In this document: piece after piece, positions 22,301 through 34,833 of the stretch | Numbering within the stretch: position 1 is the stretch's first letter | Layout: each line of letters starts with the position of its first letter | Assembly (NCBI GenBank): GCA_964247055.1 | Contig: OZ176050.1 | Span: 4,960,001-5,024,000 of the forward strand | Origin: Paragordius varius | Taxonomy: Eukaryota; Animalia; Nematomorpha | Direction of reading: 5' to 3' | Length of the DNA stretch: 64,000 nucleotides | Notes under the pieces: generated by a model | The model's database searches: none | Told to the model about the DNA's origin: nothing | Seen by the model: the letters and a program-made list of their open reading frames with translations, nothing else | Translations under genes and position numbers: made by a program

Positions 22301-25300
22301 CTATGGTGAAGGCATGCATTTGAGTCGATTAAAGGCCTCTTTTTCAAGCGCTTCCCGATGTTTTGGATGTGCGATACGGATGAGTTCGTAAGCTCTTTGT
22401 CGCAAAGATTTGCCAAACAAATAGGCATACCCAAACTCAGTCACTACGTAATGTACATGGGCACGGCTTGTAACGACACCCCCTCCTATTTTAATGAATG
22501 ATAAAAAAATGATTTATTTTAAAATTCTTATATGTATGTTCCTCAACATACATACTAAGATTTATGTATAGAATGAAAACTAATTTATGTAATTTTTTAA
22601 AAAATTTGCAATAATGCAAGACTTGTAAATCTTCAACATAACGCCCCAAAATGCAAAAGATATGTTATCATATAATCAAATGGGTCAAACAACAATCAAT
22701 AAAATTAACTGACAATTAAGGTTTGAAAAGAGCAATTGTACTGAAACTTAAATTATAATGATGTTAGGCGGACTAAAATCTTTATATACCATTTGCGCTT
22801 CAAGAGTGTCCTTGAACACTTCAAGTTGGTCCTTTGACTTTTTTGTTTGGTGTTTAATTTTTTTAATTTAATCGTATATTAATTTATTTTATTGTTTTTA
22901 GCCTATTTTCTATCATTTAACATAAATTTTAATTTAATATAATCTATTAATCATTAAGAAACCGTATATCGTTATTTTTCATTTAAAACATTTAAAAGTT
23001 AATAATTTTGCTAAATTGGAAAAAAAATAGTTTGAAACAAAAAAGTGGTTTAAATAAAATTTTTTATTTTTAATGAATAAATATATAATAAATAAAGAAA
23101 TAGGTTAAATAATAATAAAGTAAAAAAATAGATGCAAAAATTATGATTTAAAAATTTTAAGGATCAACTTGAAGTGTTCAAGGACCAACTGAAGTGTTCA
23201 AGGACCAACTTGAGTTCAAGGACCATGAATTGTTCAAGGACACTCTTGAAGTGCAAATGATATATAGCAATCTTGATCCTTTCTATAATTCCTATGCATA
23301 ACTAGTACAGGCCAAGTTAAAGAAAAATTAAGGCTTTTAAAATAAGGTTTTTTTATAATAAATTTGTCCTTTGGTTTTGTTGTTTAATTTTTATATAAAA
23401 AGCATTAATCAACTACAATACAATCTGATTCCAAAATAACTTAAAAATTAGCCAAATATGGTATAAATCAAAAATATATAGCGTCTAAAATTGAATAAAT
23501 TACCCTCCTTGAGGTAAGGGACAATCTTGGAAGCTCCACTCTTGGTTAATGAGGTTAGAGCAATGATAGGTTTACCACGTCCATCATGACCAAGTCCAGC
23601 ACCGCGGATAAAATCGACTTGACCCCCAAAACCTATAATCATTATTATTCACAATTTATTTTTTATTTTTTATAATTTCCCAATAAACAGTCAAACATAG
23701 GTTATACGAATATAATTTGTTATTAATAAATGTAAGTGAGTATGTTTCGTTTTTCTTGCTTAAATTGTAGACATTATATATAATTTAAGTTAAAACCATA
23801 TTATACTCCCACATATTTTTTTCTCTATTAACAAAAAAACCCATAAAACCAACCACCAATATTACAGCTGCTTACAGTATTTAAAAAAATGTCAAATCAA
23901 AAAAATTTTCCCAGGCTCAAAAGGGTAAGGTATAAATCAGGAGTATCCAACATCAACATTTGGAAATCCATAATTGGAAAAACCAACAAAATTAATATTT
24001 CTTAGACCATTTTATAAACATGTCTATCCAATTGGCAAAAATTGGTTTATTACGTTTGCATTTTGCAATGCCATATATTTCAAATGCGGCCCGCGAATAT
24101 AAATCATATGTTGTGTTACCAGAATAAATTTTTGAACCGATCGAATCGGACACCACTTGACCAGTTATATCAATCTCAATGCACGAATTTATTGCCGTCA
24201 TTTTTGGATTCATGGCTATGAGTCGAGGATCATTAACAAACGCTATGTCACACAACACGACAAAATGATTATCGTTGAGGAAATCAAATATTTTACGGGT
24301 CCCAATCACAAAACTACCCAATATTTTCCCGGTTCTAAATGTTTTATTGGCATTCGTTATCACGCCTTCTTGTATGAGTGGTAAGATACCATCACTAAAC
24401 ATTTCAGAGTGTATCCCTAAATCTTTATGGCCATGGAGTTGGTTTAGCACAGCATCAGGTATGGACCCAATCCCTATATATTATGTATACAATAAAATAA
24501 AAAAAAGGTTAAACTTTAATGAAGTAAGATGTAATATGGTATTAATAAAATATGCACCACTTAAGCAAATATGTGGAAACGGTTTCATATATTTGGACCA
24601 CATGAGTTAAATCTAAAACTTAAGTTCCTGTCCACTGGTTCTTATTGCATATAAATACACATCTATCCATATTTTAATACTAGTTTAAAAAATAGGTAAC
24701 AATATTAAAAAAAATTAATTTTGTATTTAAAATTAACAAGAAAATAAAAAATTATAATGTTTACAAGCGACCGTTTAAAAACTGCGAGAGATTTACGGTC
24801 CCACAACCCTTTATCATTGGTTATAGATAAAAAACTATTCTTTATATTACCCATTTGCATAGTTGCGCCATTTTCCACCAAATTTTGTGCAATTATCTTG
24901 CCAATAGAAGTCTCTTCTGGAGAAGGGGGTTTACTTTTCAGTTCAGGGAGTGGGAAGTCATCCTCCGTAACTGAATGGAAATGCGAAATGTGAATGACAC
25001 TGTCACCAAACGTCCTAGGCATTTGTGGATTAATTAAACCTAGTTTTTTTGTACATATTAATAATTAAATGTGTATACAAAATAATATTATTAAATTCAA
25101 AATCATTTATCTAACCTATTATACGATATTTGCGCAAATATTTAATCAATAATTATATCATATATTATTTAAAGCGTATTTTTAGAGTTCTTAAATATGA
25201 ATATTATTTTTTTATGGCGTATGATGGGTAAATATTGTTTAAAGTAAAAAGTCTAGATTTATCATATGTAATCATCATTACCATAAACGTAAAATATATG

Positions 25301-26878
25301 TCGTAACTTAAAACAAAATAAAATAAACTGTTAATTTGATTTAAATAGCGTAAAATATGTGTAACTAGAAATGAAAATTTGATAAATTCAACTTTTATGA
25401 TAAAAACATGTATTTGACGGTTTTAAACCTTAAACATTCCCAGTAATGACATAACCGGCTCATACGAGGATTCAAAAAACAAGGGAATGTAAAAATTATT
25501 ATAATCATTTTAAAGTTATAACAGACAAACATAAACAAAAAGACATATATTTTTAACAAAAGAACCATATTTTTTTTAAACTTGATTTTAAATAAAACTT
25601 ATCGTTTTGGTTTAAAAAATGAGGATTAGATAAATAAATCGGCAAGACTTAATTATATAAAGAAATTTATATAGTTTATGTAAAAAAAATTAAGGTTTTA
25701 TAAAGTATGGATTGTCTTTTAATTTTTACATTTTGTCCGTATATTTTCAGTTTTTATTGTATATTAGGAAATGTGTGTAACTAACCTACAATCTTTTTAG
25801 CATTTAACAGGGCTTCACGAGCAATATCAACACTCGGTCCAAGAGTACAGTAACCATTCTTATCAGGAGGGCTTACTTGTATAAGGGCCACATCAAGTGA
25901 CATAATTTTGCGTTTAAACAAAAGTGGAATTTCACTCAAAAAGATGGGAACGTAATCGGCTAAACCGTCTTGAACCGCTTTTCGTACATTGGCACCAACG
26001 AAAAGACTTGTATCTCGAAATATGCCTATTCGATATATATAAGATTTTTCAAAAATGAAAATTTGTTTAGTTATGCCATAACTTTACCTAAATTAAAGGT
26101 TTTTGACAATATATCCACAAATTCTTAAAAAAATATTTTTTTTACCATACTTTAGGAAATATGTCATTTATTATAGGGATACAACAACATTTTACAGCAT
26201 TTTATGTTTTATCATATATTAATAAATTTAAACAACAGAGACCAAAAATTTAAAAAATATGCATTAATTATCTTTATATTCGCCTTTGGCGTATAGTTGA
26301 AAAGTATGAATAAAAATCATAAATTGAATAAATTAATAACAAAATTTCCATAAAAATATTAAAAACTATTATAATTTTTCATAAATTGCCCATAAAACAC
26401 ATTAAGTTGAAAATAGGAAAAATAACACGCTTATAACCATAATTATTCATTTTGTCTGTTTTTAAAACTTAAAGCTATCAAGAGCTTTACAGAAATATAA
26501 AATCAACCTTGGTATTCTGGTTTAACGTGTTCAGCAGGACCCTCGGTATGAATATGAACCACCTCAATATTCTTTAAATTATTTTCTTTGGCATATTTAG
26601 CCATTTCAGAAACGAGAGGGTATGGCGTTGCTGCTCCGCCATGCAAAAATATTCTATCATCTTGACCATAAATATTTTTAAATACTTGATTTAATACAGG
26701 TTAGGGCCTCTCGGGCACTCTGAAACAATGGAAGCTTATTAGGAATCGGATATATGGGTTCAGGAGAAAATTCCTTTTCTTGATACTCCGGCGTAACATG
26801 TTTGGCTAAAGTCACTTGATTTCTACAAAAATATTTGTTGCCAAATCCAATTGATCCCCTTCCAAATATTATTCGCAT
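22301..26878 (-). CDS. Acetyl-CoA hydrolase / acetate:succinate CoA-transferase (family I, 4-hydroxybutyrate CoA-transferase-like), 480 aa
   Basis: Exons 26878-26686, 26660-26508, 26025-25786, 25039-24851, 24473-24120, 23632-23504, 22485-22301 give one open frame. Motifs: HGGAATP, YVPIFLSEIP, QMGIGSIPDAV, HSEMFSDG, SGFGGQVDFIRG, TSRAHVHYVVTEFG, IAHPKHRE. The N-terminus is basic and presequence-like. Confidence 0.95.
22783..23266. mobile_element. Small foldback/MITE with subterminal GTTCAAGGAC repeats in the last intron of the CoA-transferase gene
   Basis: 22783-22836 is the reverse complement of the 23161-23266 arm (TATATA.CATTTGC.CTTCAAGAGTGTCCTTGAAC). The right arm has four GTTCAAGGAC copies spaced 18-20 nt apart. 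Confidence 0.7.
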
Positions 26879-26942
26879 GGTCAAAAGTCAAGTAAATCTA
26901 TACATTCTGCAAATCATATGCGGGGCGTATTTTTTTAATAAG
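26879..26942. promoter_or_regulatory. Putative bidirectional promoter or 5' intron between the CoA-transferase gene and SOAT (64 bp)
   Basis: Divergent ATGs at 26878(-) and 26943(+). 26892-26942 also reads as a 51-nt GT-AG intron. Confidence 0.45.
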
Positions 26943-29900
26943 ATGATTTTGGACAAATTCGTGGAGGCGTCGATAGAATTGGAGAGAGATATCGTGGATG
27001 ATATACGAAAAAATGTTAATAAATTTATTGAGAAAACCAAAGTTTGTCAGAAAGATTCAACGATCGTTACATCGAAATCGACACCTCTTTTGATTTCATT
27101 AAAGTATATTATTGTTTTGCTATATTTGTATAGCGATGAATTAAAAGAGAAACATTTTTCGGAGAGACCCTCTATGTTAACGTATAATATATTATTTATT
27201 TTGCAAGCGAAATGTTAGAAGTTAATCATATCAAAACGATTTACAATATATTTGCTGCATTGTTGATTGTGTTTTGTCTAAATACTATCGTTTTTGACCT
27301 TATTGAAGGTGGAAAGTAATAATATTTTTACCGTTTTAGAGATATTTGGGATTTTCAATTAATAACGTATTCCCTTGGTCAGTTCCCTCATGTCATAGTT
27401 CTTTGGTGTTGTATGATGCTTTCCACAGTCTTAATTTTATTTCCCGCCTTTCGTTGTTGGGCCTTGCTTTATTTAAAATATTTAAACAGGGAAGAAGGTC
27501 TCTATTTGGATGGTCATAATATTATTGAAATGAAACATAATAATAGTAGTATTGGTGACAGAAAAGACGGCGGTATAAGGTTTCGACCATCACATAATAG
27601 AAAATCTCCGGATGATTCTTTTTCTCCCACCAGCGATCGTTCTTTTTTGGATTGGGAAGGCCGTTATCAGGATATCAAAGGTTTTAATTTTCATTTTTTC
27701 AGAGATTAAAGTACAAACCGTTTTTGAATTACGGTTTTAAAAAGTTTTTGCCGAAAATGGTCGGACCCATTGCTTTTTGGTCGTATGGAGAGTTAGCCTG
27801 ATTTTCACTTTGTTTTTGAATTAATATATATTTTATACAGTAAACATTTTTGAGAATATGGGTAAAATCGCATTATTAAAAGAATATAAAAATTAAATTA
27901 ATTATTTTTTGAAACTGCTTGCAACTGCTTGGATTCTGGGCCATACACTACTGTTTAATCACCTGGTACATAATAATTTAATTTACATAAAAATTAAATT
28001 TATTAAAGGACGATATAATTTATATTACTTTAAGGAAACACTATTTAATTAAAATTGATTAGCAATATTTAAGAATTTTAATAAAATTTTTGGATAATGT
28101 ATTAGACACATCAGAAGACACAAGTAGTTCAGCGTCTCACATCTCCAAAGATTATCAACATCTCGATTCTCCTGAATTACTCGATGTTTCAAAGGATGAA
28201 AAAACTTTTGTTGACAAAAGCAACAAAAATACCACCAAATTAATCCATAAAAGCCATAATAGTAATATTAAAAAAACTAATAATTCCCCCGAAAAGGAAA
28301 AACATGTGAAATCATCCAAAAAACGTTTCTATCTAATGATACCATCATTACCAACAACTTTTAATGCACAAACATTTGTGTGCATTCTATGTATCTTGCT
28401 ATACGCCCTATACCAAGCAGCTTTTTTAATCATCCCCATATATTGGATAATTAAAGTGTATGATTTGCCCCCTGCTTCATCTTTCCTTATTATGCTGGAA
28501 CAGGTTGCATTTTTTATTCCTATTTAACATTTCTCTACAAATTAACCTTCAAAAATTTACACTTTAAAGTTTAAAAATTATTTGGATCATTTTTTAATCA
28601 AATTTACACTATTTACCTTTTTAATTTACCATCGCATTTTATAAATTTATTCCTGAACTATCGCTTTAAATTCATTCACCATTCAATAACAAATACACCT
28701 TTTGTTTTATATCACTCCAACTAGAAATTAAATTTTTAGCTCTTTAAATCAGACCCTCAGCTTATCACCCTTTAACATTTTAGATTTACATATTAAAACA
28801 TTTAGGATTTAAATTTATTTTTTGAGATAATTTAATTTTTTTCCTGATTTATTACTTCTTTGTTTAGCAATGTTTATTTTATTTTTAAAGATATTAGAAA
28901 GTATAGGAGTAATTTATGTTACATAAAAATTGATTTATAAAACAGGAGAAAGGATAATTATACTAAAAAAACCTGTTTTTGATAACTGTAGTAATGTTAG
29001 ATAAAATTATTAAAGATAAAAATAAAGAAAGTTTTTACATTTTTACCATTTTTAAATATTTTTTGGAAATATTTATGGTGGTTATATGTATTTTCGTTAA
29101 GATAATATTGGTTATAATTTTTTGTAGGTGGATACATGTGCGTAATAATTAATACATTAAGTGAATAAACTTCGTTGGTAACCTTGGAATAAACGATAAA
29201 TAATAATAAATATTATATTAAAATTTTGTTTGTTTTAAGTCATTAATCTCATTTAATATATTTGTGTACTTCCTCCTTTTTTGTGTGCTAATTATTATTT
29301 TTTATTCTGTCGTTAAAAAATATTTTTAACCATAATTTTTTTAATTTTTTAAATAAAATATTTAAAATTTATTTGACATACCTATAATAATAATAGTTTA
29401 CTAATATGTATTTATTATTTTTAGATGCGAATTTTGATGAAAGTTCATTCATTTATACGGGAAAATGTGGCTAAAATTAAGCATGGAACAGTTGTTTCAA
29501 AGGGTATACTCCAAATTTATTAATTTACAAATCAGTTTTAGTGTTACAGAATCAGTATAAATACATATAATTTAAAATATTATAGAGATGTTATTTTGAA
29601 AATTTATTAGTTCTATATAAAAAAGATAAAACAAAGCATGAAAAGCTGTTTCAAATTGTATATTAATAAATTTATTTGTTTCATAAAAAGCATAACTATA
29701 ATTTTTGATCATCAAAATTATATTAAAAGAGACATTTGCTTTGTGTAAAAAAATATCTAAAGGATGTGATTTGACCAAATATATAATTATTTTTTGTTTT
29801 TAAATTATATATTTTAATTTTTTATAAATATGCATTATATATGTAATTTTTTACCATTTAGCAGAAGGCGAATTCGAAAAAATTGAACGAAAACCTCCAA

Positions 29901-32900
29901 CACCCGAAGATTTAATCCCAAATTTTTCGAAATATCTGTATTTCCTTTTTGCCCCTACCCTAGTTTACCGTGACTCTTATCCAAGGTTTAAATTGTTTCT
30001 TAAAAATAAGCCTCATATGTGATCTTTTTCGATGAACGAAACTAGGCACTATTATTTGAAATGTTTTTTATTTTGATTACTAATCAATTTTTTACCGCTG
30101 GTTTTCCATATTTTTACTAAAATGGTTTCGGATTTTAGTATTTTTGTTCTAAGATTGTTATTTTTTATCTTCCATTTTATGGAATTTATGAACAGTCAAA
30201 AAATTTCCCTAGTTGTAAGACGATGGATCAATACATAATTGATGTGTCATCAATGATAAGTTAAAAAGACAAGGTGTAAAAAGTATGGCTCTCTTTTTAC
30301 AATTATTGTTTTTTTGTTTCAACCTTTTTTTGTCCTTATATAACAGAGTCTACAAAATCGGGGGTTATAAAAAAAATATTGATGAATTAAATATATTCAG
30401 ATAGGAAAATGTATCATAATCTCATGATGCTTTTGGTTTTGGGCTTTTTCAAGTATTTTAAGAAAATTATTTACACTTTTATGGGAAATGCTCCATATCA
30501 GAAAGTGGCAAAATTTAAGCACATTTTTTATAATAAATATCTTTGGTGAAAGCTATATGCTTCATTCTAAAAAATATCACTAAAATTTATTATAAACTAT
30601 TTATAAAAAGCAAAAATATTTTAAAAATCATATTTTTAGATGTAGGCTCCGAAAGTCCCAGTTTTCGCTCTTTTATAATGGGCTATTTTTATTAAATAAA
30701 ACGCAAAAATGCAGAGGTTGCGCGATAAAAATTTTTAAATATATGCTAAATTTTGATATTAACTAAAAATATTTTTTTAAAAATGCATATTTTTTTAAAA
30801 AATTTTATTTTTGCAATATTTTGTTAAAGCCTACTTTAAACTATTTTGAGGCATTATGGAAACGGTATAAAAACACTTTAAGACATTATAAAAAACCTTT
30901 TTTTAATGATGCTAAATATTTCTATCATTTCAGAATTTCGATTAAAACATTTTCTCGTCTTCAAGATTATGTTAAATCAAATTTATGTTCTTTTACAAAA
31001 ATTCACCAAAATTTTAAAGCAATCGAAGCTTTAAAGCAAAATTTTAGGTGATACAGACGTTCAGCATCATATAATGGCTCAAAATAGTAAAAAGTACGCT
31101 TCAACAAAATACTGCAAAAATTAAATTTTTAAAAAGAGTATGCATTTTCAGAAACATATTTTTAGTTGATATCAAAATTTAGCATATATTTTAAAATTTT
31201 TATCGCGCAAGCTCGCATTTTTCCGTTTTATTAAAGAAAACTATCCCATTTTAGGAGAGCGAAAAAATTAGGACTTTCGGAGCCCACATCAAAAAATTTA
31301 ATTTATTAAATAATATTTGTTTTGCTTTTTATAGGTAAATTTTAGTGATATTTTTTATAAGGAAGAAGCATTTAGTTATCACCAAAAAAATTTATTACAA
31401 AAAATGAGCTTAAATTTTGCCATTTTCTGAAATGGAGCACTTACCACAAAAGTAAAAATAACTTTCTTTAAAAATTGTAAGCACCGATTTTTCATACATT
31501 TTTCTACCGGCATATATATTTCATCATGATATTTTTTATGTGTACTGTGTTAATTCATTTTTTACGATTTATATTTAGGACGACTACTGTACATTGGGAT
31601 TATGTCGTTTCCAATTTGGGTCAAGTTGTAACGTGCCTATTCTTTACATATTACATTTTTATACGTTTTTGTATCCCGGTGTTCCAACACTTTAATCAAG
31701 ACCATTTATCTCCAAAGGTTTGTTTAATACTCTTGATTAATTTTTTACTTTTTAAAGGTCCAATATCATTAAAATTAGGAGATTTTACTTTGAAGAAATT
31801 TGCCTTTTTTTATAATAAACCAATTTGTAACCCATATATATATATATATATATTTCTAGAAGATGAATTATTAATCATCAGCACTAAAGTATTTATTAAA
31901 AAAATCTTCTATATAAAACTTAAAGTATCCAAATATGTCGTTTACATTCGAAATAAAAAATTTACATAAATATATAATAAAATTATTGAATTTTAGACGA
32001 TTTTATTATCAGTGTTTGGTTCGATGTTACCCGGTACATTGGTCCTTTTAATTGCTTTCTTTGGAGTCCTGCATTCTTGGTTGAATGCTTTTGCCGAAAT
32101 GTTACGATTTGGTGATCGTATGTTTTATAAAGTAGCTTTTACAGATAATTTATATATAAAAATGATAATCTTCTGTTGTATAATTTACTATTTGAATATT
32201 TATATTTCTATCCAATATTACAAAAAATGTTAATTAAAACAATTAAATTTGCATGCTTGAAAATTTTAAATACTTGAATAACTTAAAATTTTTAGCATCA
32301 TGATATAATTTTGCTAGGATTGGTGGAATTCAACTTCCTTCAACCATTTTTATCGTACATGGAATATTGTAGTACATGATTGGTTATATCTCTACATCTA
32401 TAAAGATATTCGTATGGTATATTTTTCATATCCATAATTATTTTTAGTTAATTTGATAAATTATTACCTTTTCCCTATTTAATGGAGGGGGCCCGGGTAC
32501 ATATTGGTGTATTTTACCCACAATTCTCAATGTATAAAAACTAATATAATGAAAGTTATGATTATTATCAAACATTAAAGTTTTTATATTAGATGAAGCT
32601 TTTATATATAAACCAGGGGCTGAAATTTTTAAATAGCATACAAATCCAAGATGGATAAACAACTTTCAAATAAAGATTTTGAAGTTTTTATTAACCCTAG
32701 CGATTTAAGAAATAAAATATTTGGCGCCAAAAGGTTTGAAATGACCATTTTTTGCAATTCAACTTTTTGAAATTCTTTTAGTATGATGCGTTTAGGCCAT
32801 AGTTAATTAAACCCAATATGATTGATACTATTAACGCCCACTCTTGGATATACAAAACTATCCCCAAAATAATTGATTAAGTGTTTATATAAAAAAATTT

Positions 32901-33979
32901 TTTTACAAAAATTGGCTTCCCAAATATATTTTATTTCAAATGGATTTGTTTTTAGTTTTTTGGAAAGGTCATGAGTCGACCATTGGCCATGTTGATTGTG
33001 TTCCAAATTTCCGCGCTTGCTCACGAACTTGTGATTGCTGTTTCATTCCGATACTTTTATCCCGTTTTACTTGTCCTTTTTGGCATAATTGGGTGTAAGC
33101 AATGAATGATTATTATTTTGTATATTACTATTTATAAATTAAGATACCCTAATGGTATAATCTTACCTTTTTTCGTAGGGATTATTTTATATTTGTTTGG
33201 AATAATTTTGCATCTTCAAAAATACTATTATTTATTTAATATATATATATCATTAATATATAGTTCGAAATGCGTTCCTAAAAAAGAGTTAAGAAAAATA
33301 AATAAATTATTATTGTGTATAGTATATTGTTAAAAATTATTGAAAATGTTAACTTAAATGTGATAGAAAATAGATAACGCCATCTTAGTTTATATATAAT
33401 TACACGTTTATGATTTAGTTGGCGCCATGTTTTTAAACAATAAACGTCATCAAAATTTTCGGGCTCATAATATCCTTTTGTGGGTCATGATGTTCATTGG
33501 GAATGGTTTACTATGGACGCTCTATAGTGTTGAATGGTATGCTAGGAAGAATTGTAAAAAGCATATAGTAAGTGTTTTTGCATTTATTGTTATAACAAAT
33601 TTAATATAGATTGGACATCAATTATTATTTATTATCATATACTTGCCCAAAATCAAATTTACATTTCTTCTAATATTTGTAATCACAAAAAATATGTTAT
33701 ATCCCAAGATTATAAAGTGAAAGATCCGAAAATAAATTTTCGCAAAATTATACTTTTGTGGCATTTAAGTTAAATTCCGCTTTTTATAAGCTGCATACTT
33801 TATTCTTTTTATACAGAGTCAGGGTTAATTATCAAAATAAAATCACTATTCGCTTACCCTTCTATTTTAAATTATTTCTCTATTAATCATATTTTTGTCA
33901 AATAAAATTTACGCTAATTTTACAGGAATCCCCAATTGTAGATTTGTTTGTCCCGCGGTCCTGGTATTGTCGACATTAG
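26943..33979 (+). CDS. SOAT1: Sterol O-acyltransferase (ACAT/SOAT, MBOAT family), 657 aa
   Basis: 13 exons in one open frame: 26943-27103, 27134-27181, 27208-27315, 27340-27680, 28106-28503, 29425-29503, 29862-29985, 31579-31717, 31997-32131, 32318-32416, 32956-33094, 33419-33567, 33926-33979. Motifs: [60 protein letters not shown], catalytic His in SALAHE, PRSW. Confidence 0.95.
30380..31526. mobile_element. ~1.15-kb palindromic (long-TIR foldback) element, copy 1, in SOAT intron 7
   Basis: Arms of roughly 500 bp are reverse complements, e.g. GCTCCATATCAGAAAGTGGCAAAATTT / AAATTTTGCCATTTTCTGAAATGGAGC and GGCTCCGAAAGTCC / GGACTTTCGGAGCC. Ends are TGATGAA..TTCATCA. No transposase ORF. Confidence 0.85.
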
Positions 33980-34833
33980 TACAAAATTGGGAAAAGCATA
34001 TTATCCAATTTATATCATTCTTTTTCCATCTATATATATATATATATTTCAATGTTTGTGTGCAAATGCTTTTTTTACTTTTAATGCTTTACTTTATAAA
34101 TATATATATAACTATTAATTCTCACATAGAAGCACTTTATTTTAAAATATTTAAATTATTTATTTATATGAAATCAATTAATTTAATGTAGAAATGTCAC
34201 TCTACATAACACAATGCAATACATCATAGATCACGTTTATTTATTAAATTATAGCATTATAAAATGTCAATAATTTCTTATAATCATTTACTCATCACTT
34301 GTTCCCAAATACATATTTTCACCACATCACTCACTTCTTAATATTCACATTATCGAATTTTTCGAAAAAGATATTTTTAATTAGTGTGACAAATTATAAT
34401 TTTAAAATAAATTTATTTTTTGTGTATGACAATATTGGAGAATAGCTTTTTAACTAGATTTAATTCTATATTTACAATCAAATTTATGTCTGGTTAAGAT
34501 GATGGTTAATCTTTCGTATTAATAGTTCGTTTTGAGGCAAAAAATATTATGGTAAATTATTAAGCTTCCAGCCATGAAATGACATAATTTGTTATAACGT
34601 TATTGTCGCGTTTTTTAATGAAATATTAGATCCATTTTTATATAAAAAAACCTTAAACAACGTCGTAGTCAAATACATAAAACATGTAATTTATTTAATG
34701 GCTAAAAAAAGAAAATAAAGGTGAACGCATGTAATAATTGTGGTTTTTGCGAAAAAAATGTGAAACTCAATTTTATGTGATTAAGTGTAAATCATAAAAC
34801 ATTGTAATAGGAGGTACATATATAATTCTATGG

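Noticed and set aside
23161-23250. Short direct repeats that look CRISPR-like
   Set aside because: The units are nearly contiguous, have no unique spacers, form one arm of an inverted repeat, and lie in a eukaryotic intron with no cas genes.
22301-26878. Recent bacterial horizontal transfer of the CoA-transferase
   Set aside because: The gene has six spliceosomal introns and a presequence-like N-terminus, and the family is known in invertebrates.
29860-29867. Tandem NAGNAG acceptor in SOAT (TAG CAG AAG)
   Set aside because: It is real in the sequence but would change only 1-2 residues in a variable loop, and such sites are common.
30821-31051. ORF in the centre of the palindromic element
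   Set aside because: It has low-complexity K/F/N composition expected from AT-rich DNA, no DDE motif, and I saw no equivalent ORF in copy 2.
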